In this document: positions 1-9,271 of the stretch, piece after piece | How the letters are laid out: each line of letters opens with the position of its first letter | Position numbering within the stretch: position 1 is the stretch's first letter | NCBI GenBank assembly: GCA_045047305.1 | Contig: JASFYO010000055.1 | Coordinates: 1-27,003 of the forward strand | Source: Planctomycetota bacterium | GTDB taxonomy: Bacteria; Planctomycetota; UBA1135 | Direction of reading: 5' to 3' | Length of the DNA: 27,003 nt | The notes under the pieces: generated by a model | What the model was told of the DNA's origin: nothing | The model's input: only the letters and a program-made list of their open reading frames with translations | Database searches by the model: none | Translations under genes and position numbers: made by a program

Positions 1-83
1 CGCTTTGAAGCCCAAAAGCCAACACCTAAAAGCAACACTTTATAAACCACTAAGGTGGCGATGAGTGCAGTGGTGCCGTCCAT
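1..83 (-). CDS. N-terminus of a probable sodium:solute (PutP-like) symporter, truncated by the window edge
   Basis: Not in the ORF track. ATG at 83, 3 nt after the meaB stop, reads MDGTTALIATLVVYKVLLLGVGFWASK, a hydrophobic first TM helix typical of SSS-family N-termini. Only 27 codons are visible. Confidence 0.55.
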   Translation of the reverse strand, partial: MDGTTALIATLVVYKVLLLGVGFWASK

Positions 84-86
84 GGG

Positions 87-1076
87 TTAGGAGTGGTTAA
101 ACAAAGATAGCAGCATGTCCGCGGCAGCAGTCGGCGGCATCGCACCGGAGACGACGGCCTGCTCCACTTCTGCTAGCTTGGCCTGGACCGCTGGGCTTGC
201 CTGAAAGGTGGCGAGTAAGCGCTCTTCGATTTGTGCCCACATCCACCGCCCCATTTGTTCCTGGCGATGGCTCTCAAACACACCGGCCTCCGCACGCAAG
301 CGTCGATGCGCAACCACCACCTGCCATAGCTCCTCTAGGCCATCGCCAGTGAGGCCTGAAAGGCAAACGGCTTTCGGGGTCCAACACGCATGGCGCGGAG
401 TGAGGTAATGCAAGGCGTTGGCGTAATCACGCATCGAGCGCTCGGCACGATTCACGTTATCGCCATCAGACTTATTCACGGCGATGACATCTGCGAGTTC
501 GAGGATGCCTTTCTTGATGCCTTGCAATTCATCGCCGGCTCCTGGGAGCATCAGCACCAAAAAGAAGTCGACCATGTCGGCGACCACCGTTTCCGACTGG
601 CCGACGCCTACCGTTTCAATGAGGATGACATCGAATCCAGCGGCTTCACAAAGGAGCATGGATTCACGGGTGCGCCGGGCAACCCCACCTAGAGTGGTAC
701 CGCTAGGGCTCGGGCGAATGAAGGCCGTGCTTTCTTGCGCTAAACGATGCATACGCGCTTTATCGCCAAGAATACTGCCACCACTTAGCCGACTAGAGGG
801 GTCGACGGCTAAAACCGCAACACGTTTTCCTGACGAAGCAAGTTGCATGCCAAAGGAATCGAGAAACGTGCTTTTTCCGACTCCCGGAACTCCAGTCACA
901 CCAATGCGCGCCGCTTTGCCTGTGTCTGGAAGTAACTCCGTCAACAACTCCTGAGCATGAGCATGGTGCGCCGGCAAAGACGACTCCACCAAGGTAATCG
1001 CACGCGCAAGCAAGACTCGGTCGCCGCGACGAATGCCGTCGGCGAGTTCTTGCACGGTGGGAAGGGTTGGTGGCAT
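87..1076 (-). CDS. meaB: Methylmalonyl-CoA mutase-associated GTPase MeaB (ArgK family)
   Basis: LARAITLVES, Walker A GVPGVGKST, AVDPSS..SGGSILGDK, ETVGVGQSE, GDELQGIKKG and NKxD motifs. Adjacent to mutB. Confidence 0.97.
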   Translation of the reverse strand: MPPTLPTVQELADGIRRGDRVLLARAITLVESSLPAHHAHAQELLTELLPDTGKAARIGVTGVPGVGKSTFLDSFGMQLASSGKRVAVLAVDPSSRLSGGSILGDKARMHRLAQESTAFIRPSPSGTTLGGVARRTRESMLLCEAAGFDVILIETVGVGQSETVVADMVDFFLVLMLPGAGDELQGIKKGILELADVIAVNKSDGDNVNRAERSMRDYANALHYLTPRHACWTPKAVCLSGLTGDGLEELWQVVVAHRRLRAEAGVFESHRQEQMGRWMWAQIEERLLATFQASPAVQAKLAEVEQAVVSGAMPPTAAADMLLSLFNHS

Positions 1077-1083
1077 GCTTGGA

Positions 1084-3219
1084 CTAGGCCTGCAACTTTT
1101 CCAACAGAGACAAAGCGGCTTGCGGGATCACTGTACCGGGCCCGAAGACATCGGCGGCGCCCATTTCTTTGAGCGTGTCGTAGTCCTGCGGCGGGATGAC
1201 TCCCCCGACCACAATCAGTATGTCTTTGCGGCCGAGCTCGGCAAGGGCATCGCGCAGGGCTGGTACCAGAGTTAAGTGTCCGGCAGCCAGCGAGCTTACC
1301 CCGACGATATGCACATCGTTTTCCACCGCTTGACGCGCGGTTTCTTCTGGGGTTTGAAAGAGTGAGCCTATATCGACATCAAAGCCAAGATCCGCAAATG
1401 CCGTTGCGATTACTTTTTGACCACGGTCATGGCCATCTTGCCCCATCTTTGCGACCAAAATCCGCGGACGTCGGCCATGGCCGGATTCGAAGGCTGCAAC
1501 TTGGGTGCGCACGGCCGAGAGTTGTTGGTTGTCCCCCACCTCGCCACTGTACACGCCCGATATGGTCTGAATGGTCGCTTGATGGCGCCCATACACATCT
1601 TCGAGTGCCGAGGTGATTTCACCCACGGTCGCTTTGGCGCGAGCCGCAACCACCGCCAGCGCCAAGAGGTTGCCCTCGCCTGATTTCGCGGCCTCGGTGA
1701 GTGAAGCCAAGCTTGCACTGACATCTTCTTGATTGCGTTCCTCACGCAACTGCTTTAATCGGCTCAACTGTGCTTCACGCACCTCTTGATTGTCGACCGA
1801 ACGCACGGGGACTTGCTCTTCCTCCTCCAACACAAAACGGTTCACGCCAACAATCGTGCGTTGCCCGGAATCGATGCGCGCTTGCGCCCGTGCCGCCGCC
1901 TCTTCAATGCGTAACTTAGGGATACCGGCCTCGATAGCTTTGGTCATGCCACCTAAACTTTCGACCTCCTTGATATGCTCCATCGCGCGGTCGGCCAAAT
2001 CTTGGGTGAGACGTTCCACGTACCAACTACCACCCCAAGGATCTGCCGGACGACAAGTCCCCGATTCTTCCTGCAGCTGAATCTGCGTATTACGCGCAAT
2101 GCGTGCGGAGAAATCGGTAGGCAAGGCAAGCGCTTCATCCAAAGAGTTGGTGTGCAGCGATTGAGTGTGCCCTTGGGTGGCTGCCATGGCCTCCACGCTG
2201 GTACGCACCACGTTGTTGTACACATCTTGAGCAGTCAAGGACCATCCTGATGTCTGCGAGTGAGTGCGCAACATGCTCGACTTGGGGTTTTTGCAATCAA
2301 ACTCTTGCATGAGCTGATGCCACAGCAAGCGTGCTGCACGAAGCTTGGCCACTTCCATAAAGAAATCCATGCCAATCGCCCAAAAGAAACTCAAACGTGG
2401 TGCAAAGGCATCCACCTCTAAACCCGATGCAACTCCAGTACGCACATATTCCAAGCCGTCGGCCAGAGTGTAGGCAAGTTCGATATCGGCGGTCGCGCCA
2501 GCTTCTTGCATGTGATAGCCAGAAATCGAAATGCTGTTGAAACGCGGCATGTGCTCTGCGGTGTAAGCAAAGATATCCGCGACGATGCGCATGGATGGTG
2601 TGGGCGGATAAATGTAAGTGTTCCGCACCATGAACTCTTTGAGAATATCGTTTTGAATGGTGCCAGCAAGCTGCTCTGGCTTCACTCCTTGCTCCTCCGC
2701 CGCAACAATATACAGCGCAAGGATTGGCAAGACTGCGCCGTTCATGGTCATCGACACGCTCATTTTATCCAGCGGGATGCGGTCGAACAGAATGCGCATA
2801 TCCAAAATGGAATCAATCGCAACTCCAGCCATGCCGACATCCCCAGTGACGCGTGGATGATCCGAGTCGTAGCCGCGGTGCGTAGCGAGGTCGAATGCGA
2901 TGGACAAACCTTTTTGCCCGGCCGCCAAGTTGCGACGATAAAACGCATTCGACTCTTCGGCGGTACTGAAGCCGGCGTATTGACGAATGGTCCATGGACG
3001 TCGGACGTACATGGTGGTGTAGGGTCCGCGCAGATACGGCGGGAAACCTGGCTTAGAATCCAAGGCCGGGGACGCAGCTACATCTTGCGGTGCATAATGC
3101 TCCATCACCGAAATACCTTCCGGACGTTTGAAGCTTTGACGCTCCTCCTTTGCAGCCTTCGCAGTGACCTGCTCGGGATCGGTCAGGGGAACTTCTCGAA
3201 AGTTAGGTATGGAACTCAT
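1084..3219 (-). CDS. mutB: Methylmalonyl-CoA mutase, catalytic (large) subunit
   Basis: [10 protein letters not shown] (Tyr specificity residue), [24 protein letters not shown] and the B12-binding motif [10 protein letters not shown]...SSLAAGH. 711 aa. Confidence 0.98.
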   Translation of the reverse strand: MSSIPNFREVPLTDPEQVTAKAAKEERQSFKRPEGISVMEHYAPQDVAASPALDSKPGFPPYLRGPYTTMYVRRPWTIRQYAGFSTAEESNAFYRRNLAAGQKGLSIAFDLATHRGYDSDHPRVTGDVGMAGVAIDSILDMRILFDRIPLDKMSVSMTMNGAVLPILALYIVAAEEQGVKPEQLAGTIQNDILKEFMVRNTYIYPPTPSMRIVADIFAYTAEHMPRFNSISISGYHMQEAGATADIELAYTLADGLEYVRTGVASGLEVDAFAPRLSFFWAIGMDFFMEVAKLRAARLLWHQLMQEFDCKNPKSSMLRTHSQTSGWSLTAQDVYNNVVRTSVEAMAATQGHTQSLHTNSLDEALALPTDFSARIARNTQIQLQEESGTCRPADPWGGSWYVERLTQDLADRAMEHIKEVESLGGMTKAIEAGIPKLRIEEAAARAQARIDSGQRTIVGVNRFVLEEEEQVPVRSVDNQEVREAQLSRLKQLREERNQEDVSASLASLTEAAKSGEGNLLALAVVAARAKATVGEITSALEDVYGRHQATIQTISGVYSGEVGDNQQLSAVRTQVAAFESGHGRRPRILVAKMGQDGHDRGQKVIATAFADLGFDVDIGSLFQTPEETARQAVENDVHIVGVSSLAAGHLTLVPALRDALAELGRKDILIVVGGVIPPQDYDTLKEMGAADVFGPGTVIPQAALSLLEKLQA

Positions 3220-5159
3220 GCTGAGACCTCCAGCAGAGAATCCATCAATGCGGGGATATTGGTGCGTAAATCAAGACAAGTAAGACTTTCGTCTTCCAGC
3301 TTAGGCCGTCCGGCAATAAGAATGCGCGCGCCAACCGCTTTACACTTTGCAATCGCAGCTTCCAATTCGCTTTGATAAACCCCATCGCTGCCACAAATAC
3401 AAACGACGCCGGGGGCTGGCTGCTCGACGCGGGTGGTGGTCACGCTGGCAGTGGCGAAAAGAGTTTGCGCAAAACCAAGGCGGCCGGCCGCAGAGGCTTC
3501 GCTACCAAGCGCAAAAAGTTGCACCTCAAGATCGGCGCAACGCTCACGCAATTGCTCAAAGACTTCAGCGTCGCGCTGCGGCCAAAGCGGCTGCATACTT
3601 GGCCCTCCACAATTCGCGGGCAAACTATTACGCTGCGCTTCTGTAAGTGCAAAAACATCGGCGCCGTCTTGCGCAGCGCTTAACAAATCGTCCATGGCAT
3701 GGTCCACGCGCATCACGCACGGAGCAGACGCTTCCCATGTCTGCATGCGTTTTTTCTCGGGGTTGCCGACGTATGGCTTCACCACCGGAGCGGAATCCCC
3801 AAGAGGCGGATAACTGGAAACTCCCGTCATCGTAAGCCGGCGGGTAGCCAGTAGATGCTTGCGCTTTCCAGTTTGCACGGTCATTTGTGCGGCGACCCAA
3901 CCACTGCGTAAGGCTGCAGCCATGCCTCCTCGTGCTTCAATTCTTTGGAAGAACGCCCAACCCTCCTGCGCTAATTCCTCCGTAAGAGCCTCAAACACAT
4001 AAGCACCTCCTGCTGGATCCGCGACGTCGCCTAAACGGCTTTCTTCAGCAAGGATGATTTGCGTGTTACGCGCAACGCGACGTCCGAGTGTGGATGGAGC
4101 ACACAGCACTTCATCGTAGGTACAAGTGGTGATGGCATCTGCGCCTCCAAGAATAGCGGCAAAAGTTTGCGTGCTAGCACGAAGCTGATTGGTCCAGGGA
4201 TCACGTCGGGCAAGCGAACGCCGCGAACCAATCGCATGAATCCATGGAGCTGGAATATCCTCAACAGCACAAGCCTGCAAAATGCGTGACCACAAACGTC
4301 GGGCGGCGCGCATACCAGCAATGGCAGGGAAGACATCGCGATCAACTGCCATACGTAAAGCTATGGATGGCGCCAATTGGGATGGGGCTACGCCGATCGA
4401 CTCCCCCAGCTGCAGATAGTGCACCAAAGTGGCTGCCATCAGTCCAAGCTCTTGTGCCAAGCTAGCACCCGCGTTGTGATAGACCTCAGTGGAGATGGTC
4501 ATGACCCGGGCTTTCGGCATGTGCGCGGCACACCAAGTCATCAAGTCTCCGACTTGATGCTTCATCGCTTTGGAACCTAAGGGCAACAGCCCGTCGCGCG
4601 CGAGAGAAGCCAAAGGATCCAAGCCCAGGTTCCACGCAAGCGAAGCGATATCCATACCGCGATTCTTAGCCAAACAGATGAGTTGTGCCAAACTTGCCAT
4701 GGTGTTGGCGCCTGCGTCTAATTCCAAATGCACCATTTCAAGATGCACACCATCCAGGGCAGCGTGCCAATCCTGGGCCGTCCACAACATGCAACCGCCA
4801 TCGCCCCATGCTTCCTTACCTATTTCTGAGGTTGGTGCTTCCCCCAGACGAGCACAGGCATCAAGTTGCAACCATAAAGCATTGGTGCCGCCCGGCAAAT
4901 CCTGCAGCAGGGCCTCACGCAAGCTTTCGGGATGAGGCAAGTCATAGCGCGGAGCATTGCACCAAGCAGCATCGGCGTGGGCGGCCGTACCGCGCACAAA
5001 AGGAGCCTGCCCGATTTCTTCTTGCAGGTCCAATCCATGCAAATCGGAGGCAGCATAAAGAGGAGCCAGCGTAATACCAGCGAAGGCGTCGTCCATCAGA
5101 GCGCGATCAAAATCCGCACCCTTCAACTCCTCTTCAACGCGTTTGCGCCATGTTTCCAT
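3216..5159 (-). CDS. mutA: Methylmalonyl-CoA mutase small (non-catalytic) subunit
   Basis: [51 protein letters not shown]. Lacks DxHxxG as expected. Its TGA stop overlaps the mutB ATG (ATGA, 3216-3219). Confidence 0.93.
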   Translation of the reverse strand: METWRKRVEEELKGADFDRALMDDAFAGITLAPLYAASDLHGLDLQEEIGQAPFVRGTAAHADAAWCNAPRYDLPHPESLREALLQDLPGGTNALWLQLDACARLGEAPTSEIGKEAWGDGGCMLWTAQDWHAALDGVHLEMVHLELDAGANTMASLAQLICLAKNRGMDIASLAWNLGLDPLASLARDGLLPLGSKAMKHQVGDLMTWCAAHMPKARVMTISTEVYHNAGASLAQELGLMAATLVHYLQLGESIGVAPSQLAPSIALRMAVDRDVFPAIAGMRAARRLWSRILQACAVEDIPAPWIHAIGSRRSLARRDPWTNQLRASTQTFAAILGGADAITTCTYDEVLCAPSTLGRRVARNTQIILAEESRLGDVADPAGGAYVFEALTEELAQEGWAFFQRIEARGGMAAALRSGWVAAQMTVQTGKRKHLLATRRLTMTGVSSYPPLGDSAPVVKPYVGNPEKKRMQTWEASAPCVMRVDHAMDDLLSAAQDGADVFALTEAQRNSLPANCGGPSMQPLWPQRDAEVFEQLRERCADLEVQLFALGSEASAAGRLGFAQTLFATASVTTTRVEQPAPGVVCICGSDGVYQSELEAAIAKCKAVGARILIAGRPKLEDESLTCLDLRTNIPALMDSLLEVSA

Positions 5160-5168
5160 GGCAAGATT

Positions 5169-5726
5169 CTACCCTTGCGTAACGCGCATCTCGGCTTCCA
5201 AATCCACACCCAAACCATCTGCCAGACGATTCACGTAATTGAAATAGGCCACCACCTGGCAGGCGTCGTGAATCTCTAGGTCACTCCAGCCAAGGTCGCG
5301 CAAGCGGAGGACGTCGGCCTCTTGCATGGAACCTGGCGTGCGCGTGAGTTTGCTTGCATAAGCACACATCTCGCGCTCTTTTTCACTTAAGGGTGCCGAT
5401 TGCCAGCCCTTTTCGAGTAATGAATCTGCAATTTCTGAGCCGCCAACCTCAACACGGAGGTCGCCTGCATGCGCAAAAGTTCAGTAATGGCAGTCATTTT
5501 CCTGGCTCACCACCACCGCAAGGGTTTCCCGCAGCCGCGGCTCAAGGCTCGAGTCAGCTGCCATCACACTGCGATACAGCCCCATATGAGCCCTAGTCAT
5601 ACCCCCGTTCAGGCTAGTTAGGCGGACAATGTTCCACACTCTCCCAGCCCGACGAAGGGCGTCAGCAAAGATTTTTTTGACTACCCCTTGGGCATCTTGG
5701 TCCGCAATCTGTTGAATCCACGCCAT
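5169..5726 (-). CDS. AhpD/carboxymuconolactone-decarboxylase-like peroxidase-related protein, probable selenoprotein (185 aa, Sec at codon 82)
   Basis: ORFs 5481..5726 and 5169..5369 are in frame and joined by 37 open codons after a single TGA (5481-5483). Read-through gives RETLAVVVSQENDCHY-U-TFAHAGDLRVEVGGSEIADSLLEKGWQSAPLSEKEREMCAYASKLT...VVAYFNYVNRLADGLGV, matching the AhpD CxxCxxxH core and the family's C-terminal FNYxNR motif. Confidence 0.88.
5444..5463 (-). promoter_or_regulatory. Candidate bacterial SECIS hairpin
   Basis: Minus strand CGACCTC-CGTGTT-GAGGTTG: a 7-bp stem (one G-U pair) with a 6-nt loop and G at loop position 2. The stem starts 17 nt and the loop 24 nt after the in-frame UGA. 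Confidence 0.65.
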
Positions 5727-5848
5727 GGGAGAAGGATAGCAGTGCCAACAAGTGATTTGAATCTGTAGAGAAGCTTCAGAAAGGCAGCTCCCCCTGCCGA
5801 AAAGGAAATGTCCGCTCCCCCACGCGGGCTTTTACCCATCATCGATAC

Positions 5849-7645
5849 GTGATTGCATTCATAAAGGACCTAGTGCGCCCTCCCAAAACGGAAGGGAACG
5901 ACCACTCTTTAGAGGCTGCGCGCTATCGCATGGTCAAAGGCCTAGCTTTCGGGCTGTGCCTGCTAGCGCTGTTCTATATTGGTGTCGACATACGCGAAGG
6001 CGCCAGCGTCTTTTCCCTGGGCATGATGGGGCTTGTAGGCATGGCTGGAGTGATTCGGGTCATGGTCCACCGCCAGCGCCCGATTGCAAAAATCGGCCAA
6101 GTCATCACCGTAGGCCTATTTTTGGCATCCACTTTTGTCACTTTGCACAACGGAAGTGCTGACGCGGCATCGATTGCATGGTTTGCCTTGTTGCCGCTGT
6201 GCTCCGCCTTATTGACCGGACCAGCCGCTGGCATGGGCTGGGCTGCCGTCAGTTTGGTAAGCGTTTTGGTTTTGGGCCAACTGAATCAATTTGGCATAGA
6301 ATCCTCTGCCGATCTCGCCGGGCATAGCCAATCCATCTACAAGATGCTCGAGAACTTAATCCTTCTCGCTGGTGTCGCGTTTCTAATGAGTGGTTTCTTA
6401 GCGGAGCATCATCGCAAGCAAAAGGAGATCGACGACGTCACCGAGGAGCTCGACCGCGAACGCACTGGGCGCGCAGCCGCAGACCGTCGCGTGCACGAAA
6501 CTTTGCAGGTCCAGAACCAGATTCTGGCCAAAGTTGGCAGTGAAATGCGCGTACCGTTGACCGGCATTCAGGGCATGACTCGGATGCTACATGGCACCGA
6601 AATGGACCAAGTGCAACGCGATTACGCGGAAGCGATTTCTGCTTCTGGAACCGCTCTGATGGAATTACTAGAGGATGTCCTAGACTTCTCTCGCATTGAA
6701 TCTGGAGAACTAGAACTCGAGTACAAGCCATTCGATATTGAAGTGGCTGTCGCTGGCGTCGCCAAGCACCTTTCCCAAGGCGCGCAATATCACGGAGTCG
6801 AAATACTTCTACGTTTTGCGCCGAAGACCCCGCGCTTTTTCACTGGTGATGCCGGACGGATTCAACAGATCCTGGGCGCCTTGGTGAAAAATACCATCGG
6901 CCTGAGCGAAGAAGGCCACGTGCTAATCGACGTCGAAGAAATGGACACGGGTGACCGCAAATCAATGATGCGTTTCCACGTACGCGGCTCGGGCAAGAAC
7001 CTTTCTGTCGAAAAACGCACCGCTTTGCAGATGAACTTCCGCGAAGGCGAAGCCGATGCCGGAGCTCAAGGCGGCAATGGATTTGGCCTTGCACTGAGTC
7101 AACGCATTCTCGGCCTCATGGGCGGAGAAATGGGATTCGAGCACGATAACGACAACACGGACCTGTGGTTCGATCTAGAGCTGCCGCATAGCCGCGAGCC
7201 AAAGGTGACCAACCTGTTCTCCGGAAACCTCGCAGGCCTCAAGGCCCTGGTGGTGGAAGACAACGCCTGCAACCGCGAAGTTTTGGTCGAACAGCTCATG
7301 GAATGGGGCGTGCAGCCAATCCTCGCATCCAGTGGCCAAGAGGCTTTGAAAATGATGCGCGTCGGACTCGACGACCGTTGCCCCTTCCAGCTTGCAGTCA
7401 TCGATCATCAACTGCCCGACATGGACGGCAAACGTCTCGGCATGATGATGATGAGTGACCCCATTCTCGAATCCTGCTGCATGGTTTTGTTGACCTCAGA
7501 AGCGGGCCCTGGAAGCAGCAAGGAATTCCGCCGTGCTGGATTCAGCGCCTACCTTGCTAAACCGGTCACGCCGAGCATTCTGCGCGACACCCTTGCGATG
7601 GCTTGGGGACTGCAGGAAGAGAAACGCGCGAAGGCAAAAACTTAA
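5849..7645 (+). CDS. Membrane-bound hybrid sensor kinase/receiver protein with a degenerate kinase core
   Basis: About 5-6 hydrophobic helices, HisKA-like ILAKVGSEMRVPLTGIQG and LLEDVLDFSRIESG, HATPase-like GDAGRIQQIL and GGNGFGLALS, and a C-terminal REC domain (VVEDN, VIDHQLPDMDG, LLTS, YLAKP). Confidence 0.9.
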   Translation: MIAFIKDLVRPPKTEGNDHSLEAARYRMVKGLAFGLCLLALFYIGVDIREGASVFSLGMMGLVGMAGVIRVMVHRQRPIAKIGQVITVGLFLASTFVTLHNGSADAASIAWFALLPLCSALLTGPAAGMGWAAVSLVSVLVLGQLNQFGIESSADLAGHSQSIYKMLENLILLAGVAFLMSGFLAEHHRKQKEIDDVTEELDRERTGRAAADRRVHETLQVQNQILAKVGSEMRVPLTGIQGMTRMLHGTEMDQVQRDYAEAISASGTALMELLEDVLDFSRIESGELELEYKPFDIEVAVAGVAKHLSQGAQYHGVEILLRFAPKTPRFFTGDAGRIQQILGALVKNTIGLSEEGHVLIDVEEMDTGDRKSMMRFHVRGSGKNLSVEKRTALQMNFREGEADAGAQGGNGFGLALSQRILGLMGGEMGFEHDNDNTDLWFDLELPHSREPKVTNLFSGNLAGLKALVVEDNACNREVLVEQLMEWGVQPILASSGQEALKMMRVGLDDRCPFQLAVIDHQLPDMDGKRLGMMMMSDPILESCCMVLLTSEAGPGSSKEFRRAGFSAYLAKPVTPSILRDTLAMAWGLQEEKRAKAKT

Positions 7646-8529
7646 GCATCGTCTTGCAGCATCCTCTGCACCGCTGCAATCACAACTTCCGGTGCCTCCA
7701 CGTGGACATGATGTCCGACACCAGGAACATCGACGCGTGAGCAATTGGGGATTTTGGCTAAGCGCTCACTGAGCTCTGGAACGCGGAACATGTATCCCCC
7801 TTCCGGCGCCACAACCTCGACCCTTGCTGTGACGCGCGAACAAATTTCCTGCCAGTGGCCTTCAGGGAAACGATAAGGATTCGGCCCACGCAAATTCGGA
7901 TCCAAGCGCACGCGAAACTTCCCTTCTGCAGTTTGATCAAGATAATGGCGCACGATGCGTTCACTTCCAACTTTGCTCAAGCCGGGATTATTTTGCCGCA
8001 CACGGGACTCCACCTGCGCACGCGAATCAAACTCGCGAAAACCACGGGGAGCACCACGCAAGTGCTCCACCACTTGGGTGAGCTGATCGATTTGAGTCTT
8101 CGCATCGGCTGCATATCCGCCAACGCAGTCCAAAAGCAGTAATCGCGAAATCAAGCTAGGAGCAAATCCTGCCGCCATCAATGCGATGATGCCACCCATG
8201 GAATGGCCGACCACAAGGTCTACTGGGGTGCCATCGGCCTCGAGTTCATCCATGACCGCCACCAAATCCTTTAGGTGATCCAATTGGTGATTACCCGCAT
8301 CGGTCCCCGCCCAAGCACTCGCTCCATGCCCACGCCAATCCAGGCAGAGAGGTCTACAGGAAGTACGTAGAGACCATGCAATATCCTCGAAGCTACCTGC
8401 GCCATCGAGGAATCCGTGTGTAAACAGCACAACTGGACCGTCGCCGCCATAGTCCCACAGCGCCAGCGGTATCCGCTCGGCATTCACACGTCGTTGGATT
8501 GGGATTGGAGTGTCCTGCGCATCGGCCAT
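7642..8529 (-). CDS. Alpha/beta fold hydrolase
   Basis: HGFLD, DWRGHG, nucleophile elbow GHSMGG and GHHVHVEAP. Start moved from 8616 to the ATG at 8529, which avoids overlap with the divergent gene and follows a -10-like box. Confidence 0.9.
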   Translation of the reverse strand: MADAQDTPIPIQRRVNAERIPLALWDYGGDGPVVLFTHGFLDGAGSFEDIAWSLRTSCRPLCLDWRGHGASAWAGTDAGNHQLDHLKDLVAVMDELEADGTPVDLVVGHSMGGIIALMAAGFAPSLISRLLLLDCVGGYAADAKTQIDQLTQVVEHLRGAPRGFREFDSRAQVESRVRQNNPGLSKVGSERIVRHYLDQTAEGKFRVRLDPNLRGPNPYRFPEGHWQEICSRVTARVEVVAPEGGYMFRVPELSERLAKIPNCSRVDVPGVGHHVHVEAPEVVIAAVQRMLQDDA

Positions 8530-8614
8530 GCCTACATTATTGCGAATGCGTCGCACTACGCCTACCATCGAAACTCTCGCCTCTTCCCGGGGCCTCACAA
8601 ACGGAAACCTTTTC

Positions 8615-9187
8615 ATGAAACCTACCCTTATACTTTTAGTTGGCCTTCCCCTGCTTGGAAGCTGCTCGCTATCTCAGGGACCCGCGCCAATGCAGCCCTT
8701 TCACCAAGGGATGCAGCGCAGTTCTCTTGGCGTGAATCAATACGAGTCGAGCACCGTTTCAGCGCCCAATACCCCAGACGTGAACACTGATTCTCTCCAA
8801 CTGAACTTCTCTCACGGCTACTTCGTGACCGACGATATTGAAGTTGGCGGCAAGTTGGGCTATTCCGATACCGACAACGGCACCACTTCCCTGAATGCCT
8901 GGACTATCGATGCTTATGGCCGTTGGTATTTGGATAACCGCTCCCGACTACGTACTTGGACACAAGTCTTCGCCGGCATAGGCACCTCCGAACGTGCAGG
9001 CACTCTTCCGGACGACGACACCACTCAATTGGGTATCGGCATTGGCGTTAGCGACATGATTTCCGAGTCCACGTCCTTCGATCTCGGTTTGGATTACCGC
9101 ATGTTTAGCAAGGACCGCGTTGGTGGCAATATCGACACCGACAGTATCTTCCTCACCGCAGCATTCTCCGTGTTCTACGGAGGCTAA
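8615..9187 (+). CDS. Outer-membrane beta-barrel protein with a lipoprotein-type signal peptide
   Basis: MKPTLILLVGLPLLGSC (lipobox LGSC), amphipathic strands (HGYFVTDDIEVGGKLGY, YGRWYL, LGIGIGVS, FDLGLDYR) and an aromatic C-terminal strand FSVFY. Start moved from 8510 to 8615. Confidence 0.75.
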   Translation: MKPTLILLVGLPLLGSCSLSQGPAPMQPFHQGMQRSSLGVNQYESSTVSAPNTPDVNTDSLQLNFSHGYFVTDDIEVGGKLGYSDTDNGTTSLNAWTIDAYGRWYLDNRSRLRTWTQVFAGIGTSERAGTLPDDDTTQLGIGIGVSDMISESTSFDLGLDYRMFSKDRVGGNIDTDSIFLTAAFSVFYGG

Positions 9188-9205
9188 GCGACGTTAACTT
9201 GATGG

Positions 9206-9236
9206 GGTGGTCGACTACGGTCGACCACCTTTTTTT
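9206..9236 (+). terminator. Rho-independent terminator
   Basis: GGTGGTCGAC-TACG-GTCGACCACC, a perfect 10-bp stem with a cUACGg tetraloop followed by T7, just downstream of the beta-barrel gene. Confidence 0.92.
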
Positions 9237-9271
9237 CTGCCTCACTCGCCCCCCAGCACTTCTGCCCCAAC

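Noticed and set aside
2506..3375. 289-aa plus-strand ORF and the many other 60-190 aa ORFs in the track
   Set aside because: These are antisense or off-frame shadows of well-supported genes, with no motifs.
3216..5159. mutA as a decayed duplicate of mutB
   Set aside because: Loss of DxHxxG and divergence are normal for the small subunit of heterodimeric mutases.
5169..5726. Pseudogene or two separate small genes
   Set aside because: The single interruption is a TGA precisely at the catalytic Cys column, with a downstream hairpin and no other lesions. Sec recoding is the simpler explanation.
5727..5848. Cobalamin riboswitch upstream of the mutase cluster
   Set aside because: The gap is only 122 nt, is shared by divergent genes, shows no recognisable B12-box, and the start appears leaderless.
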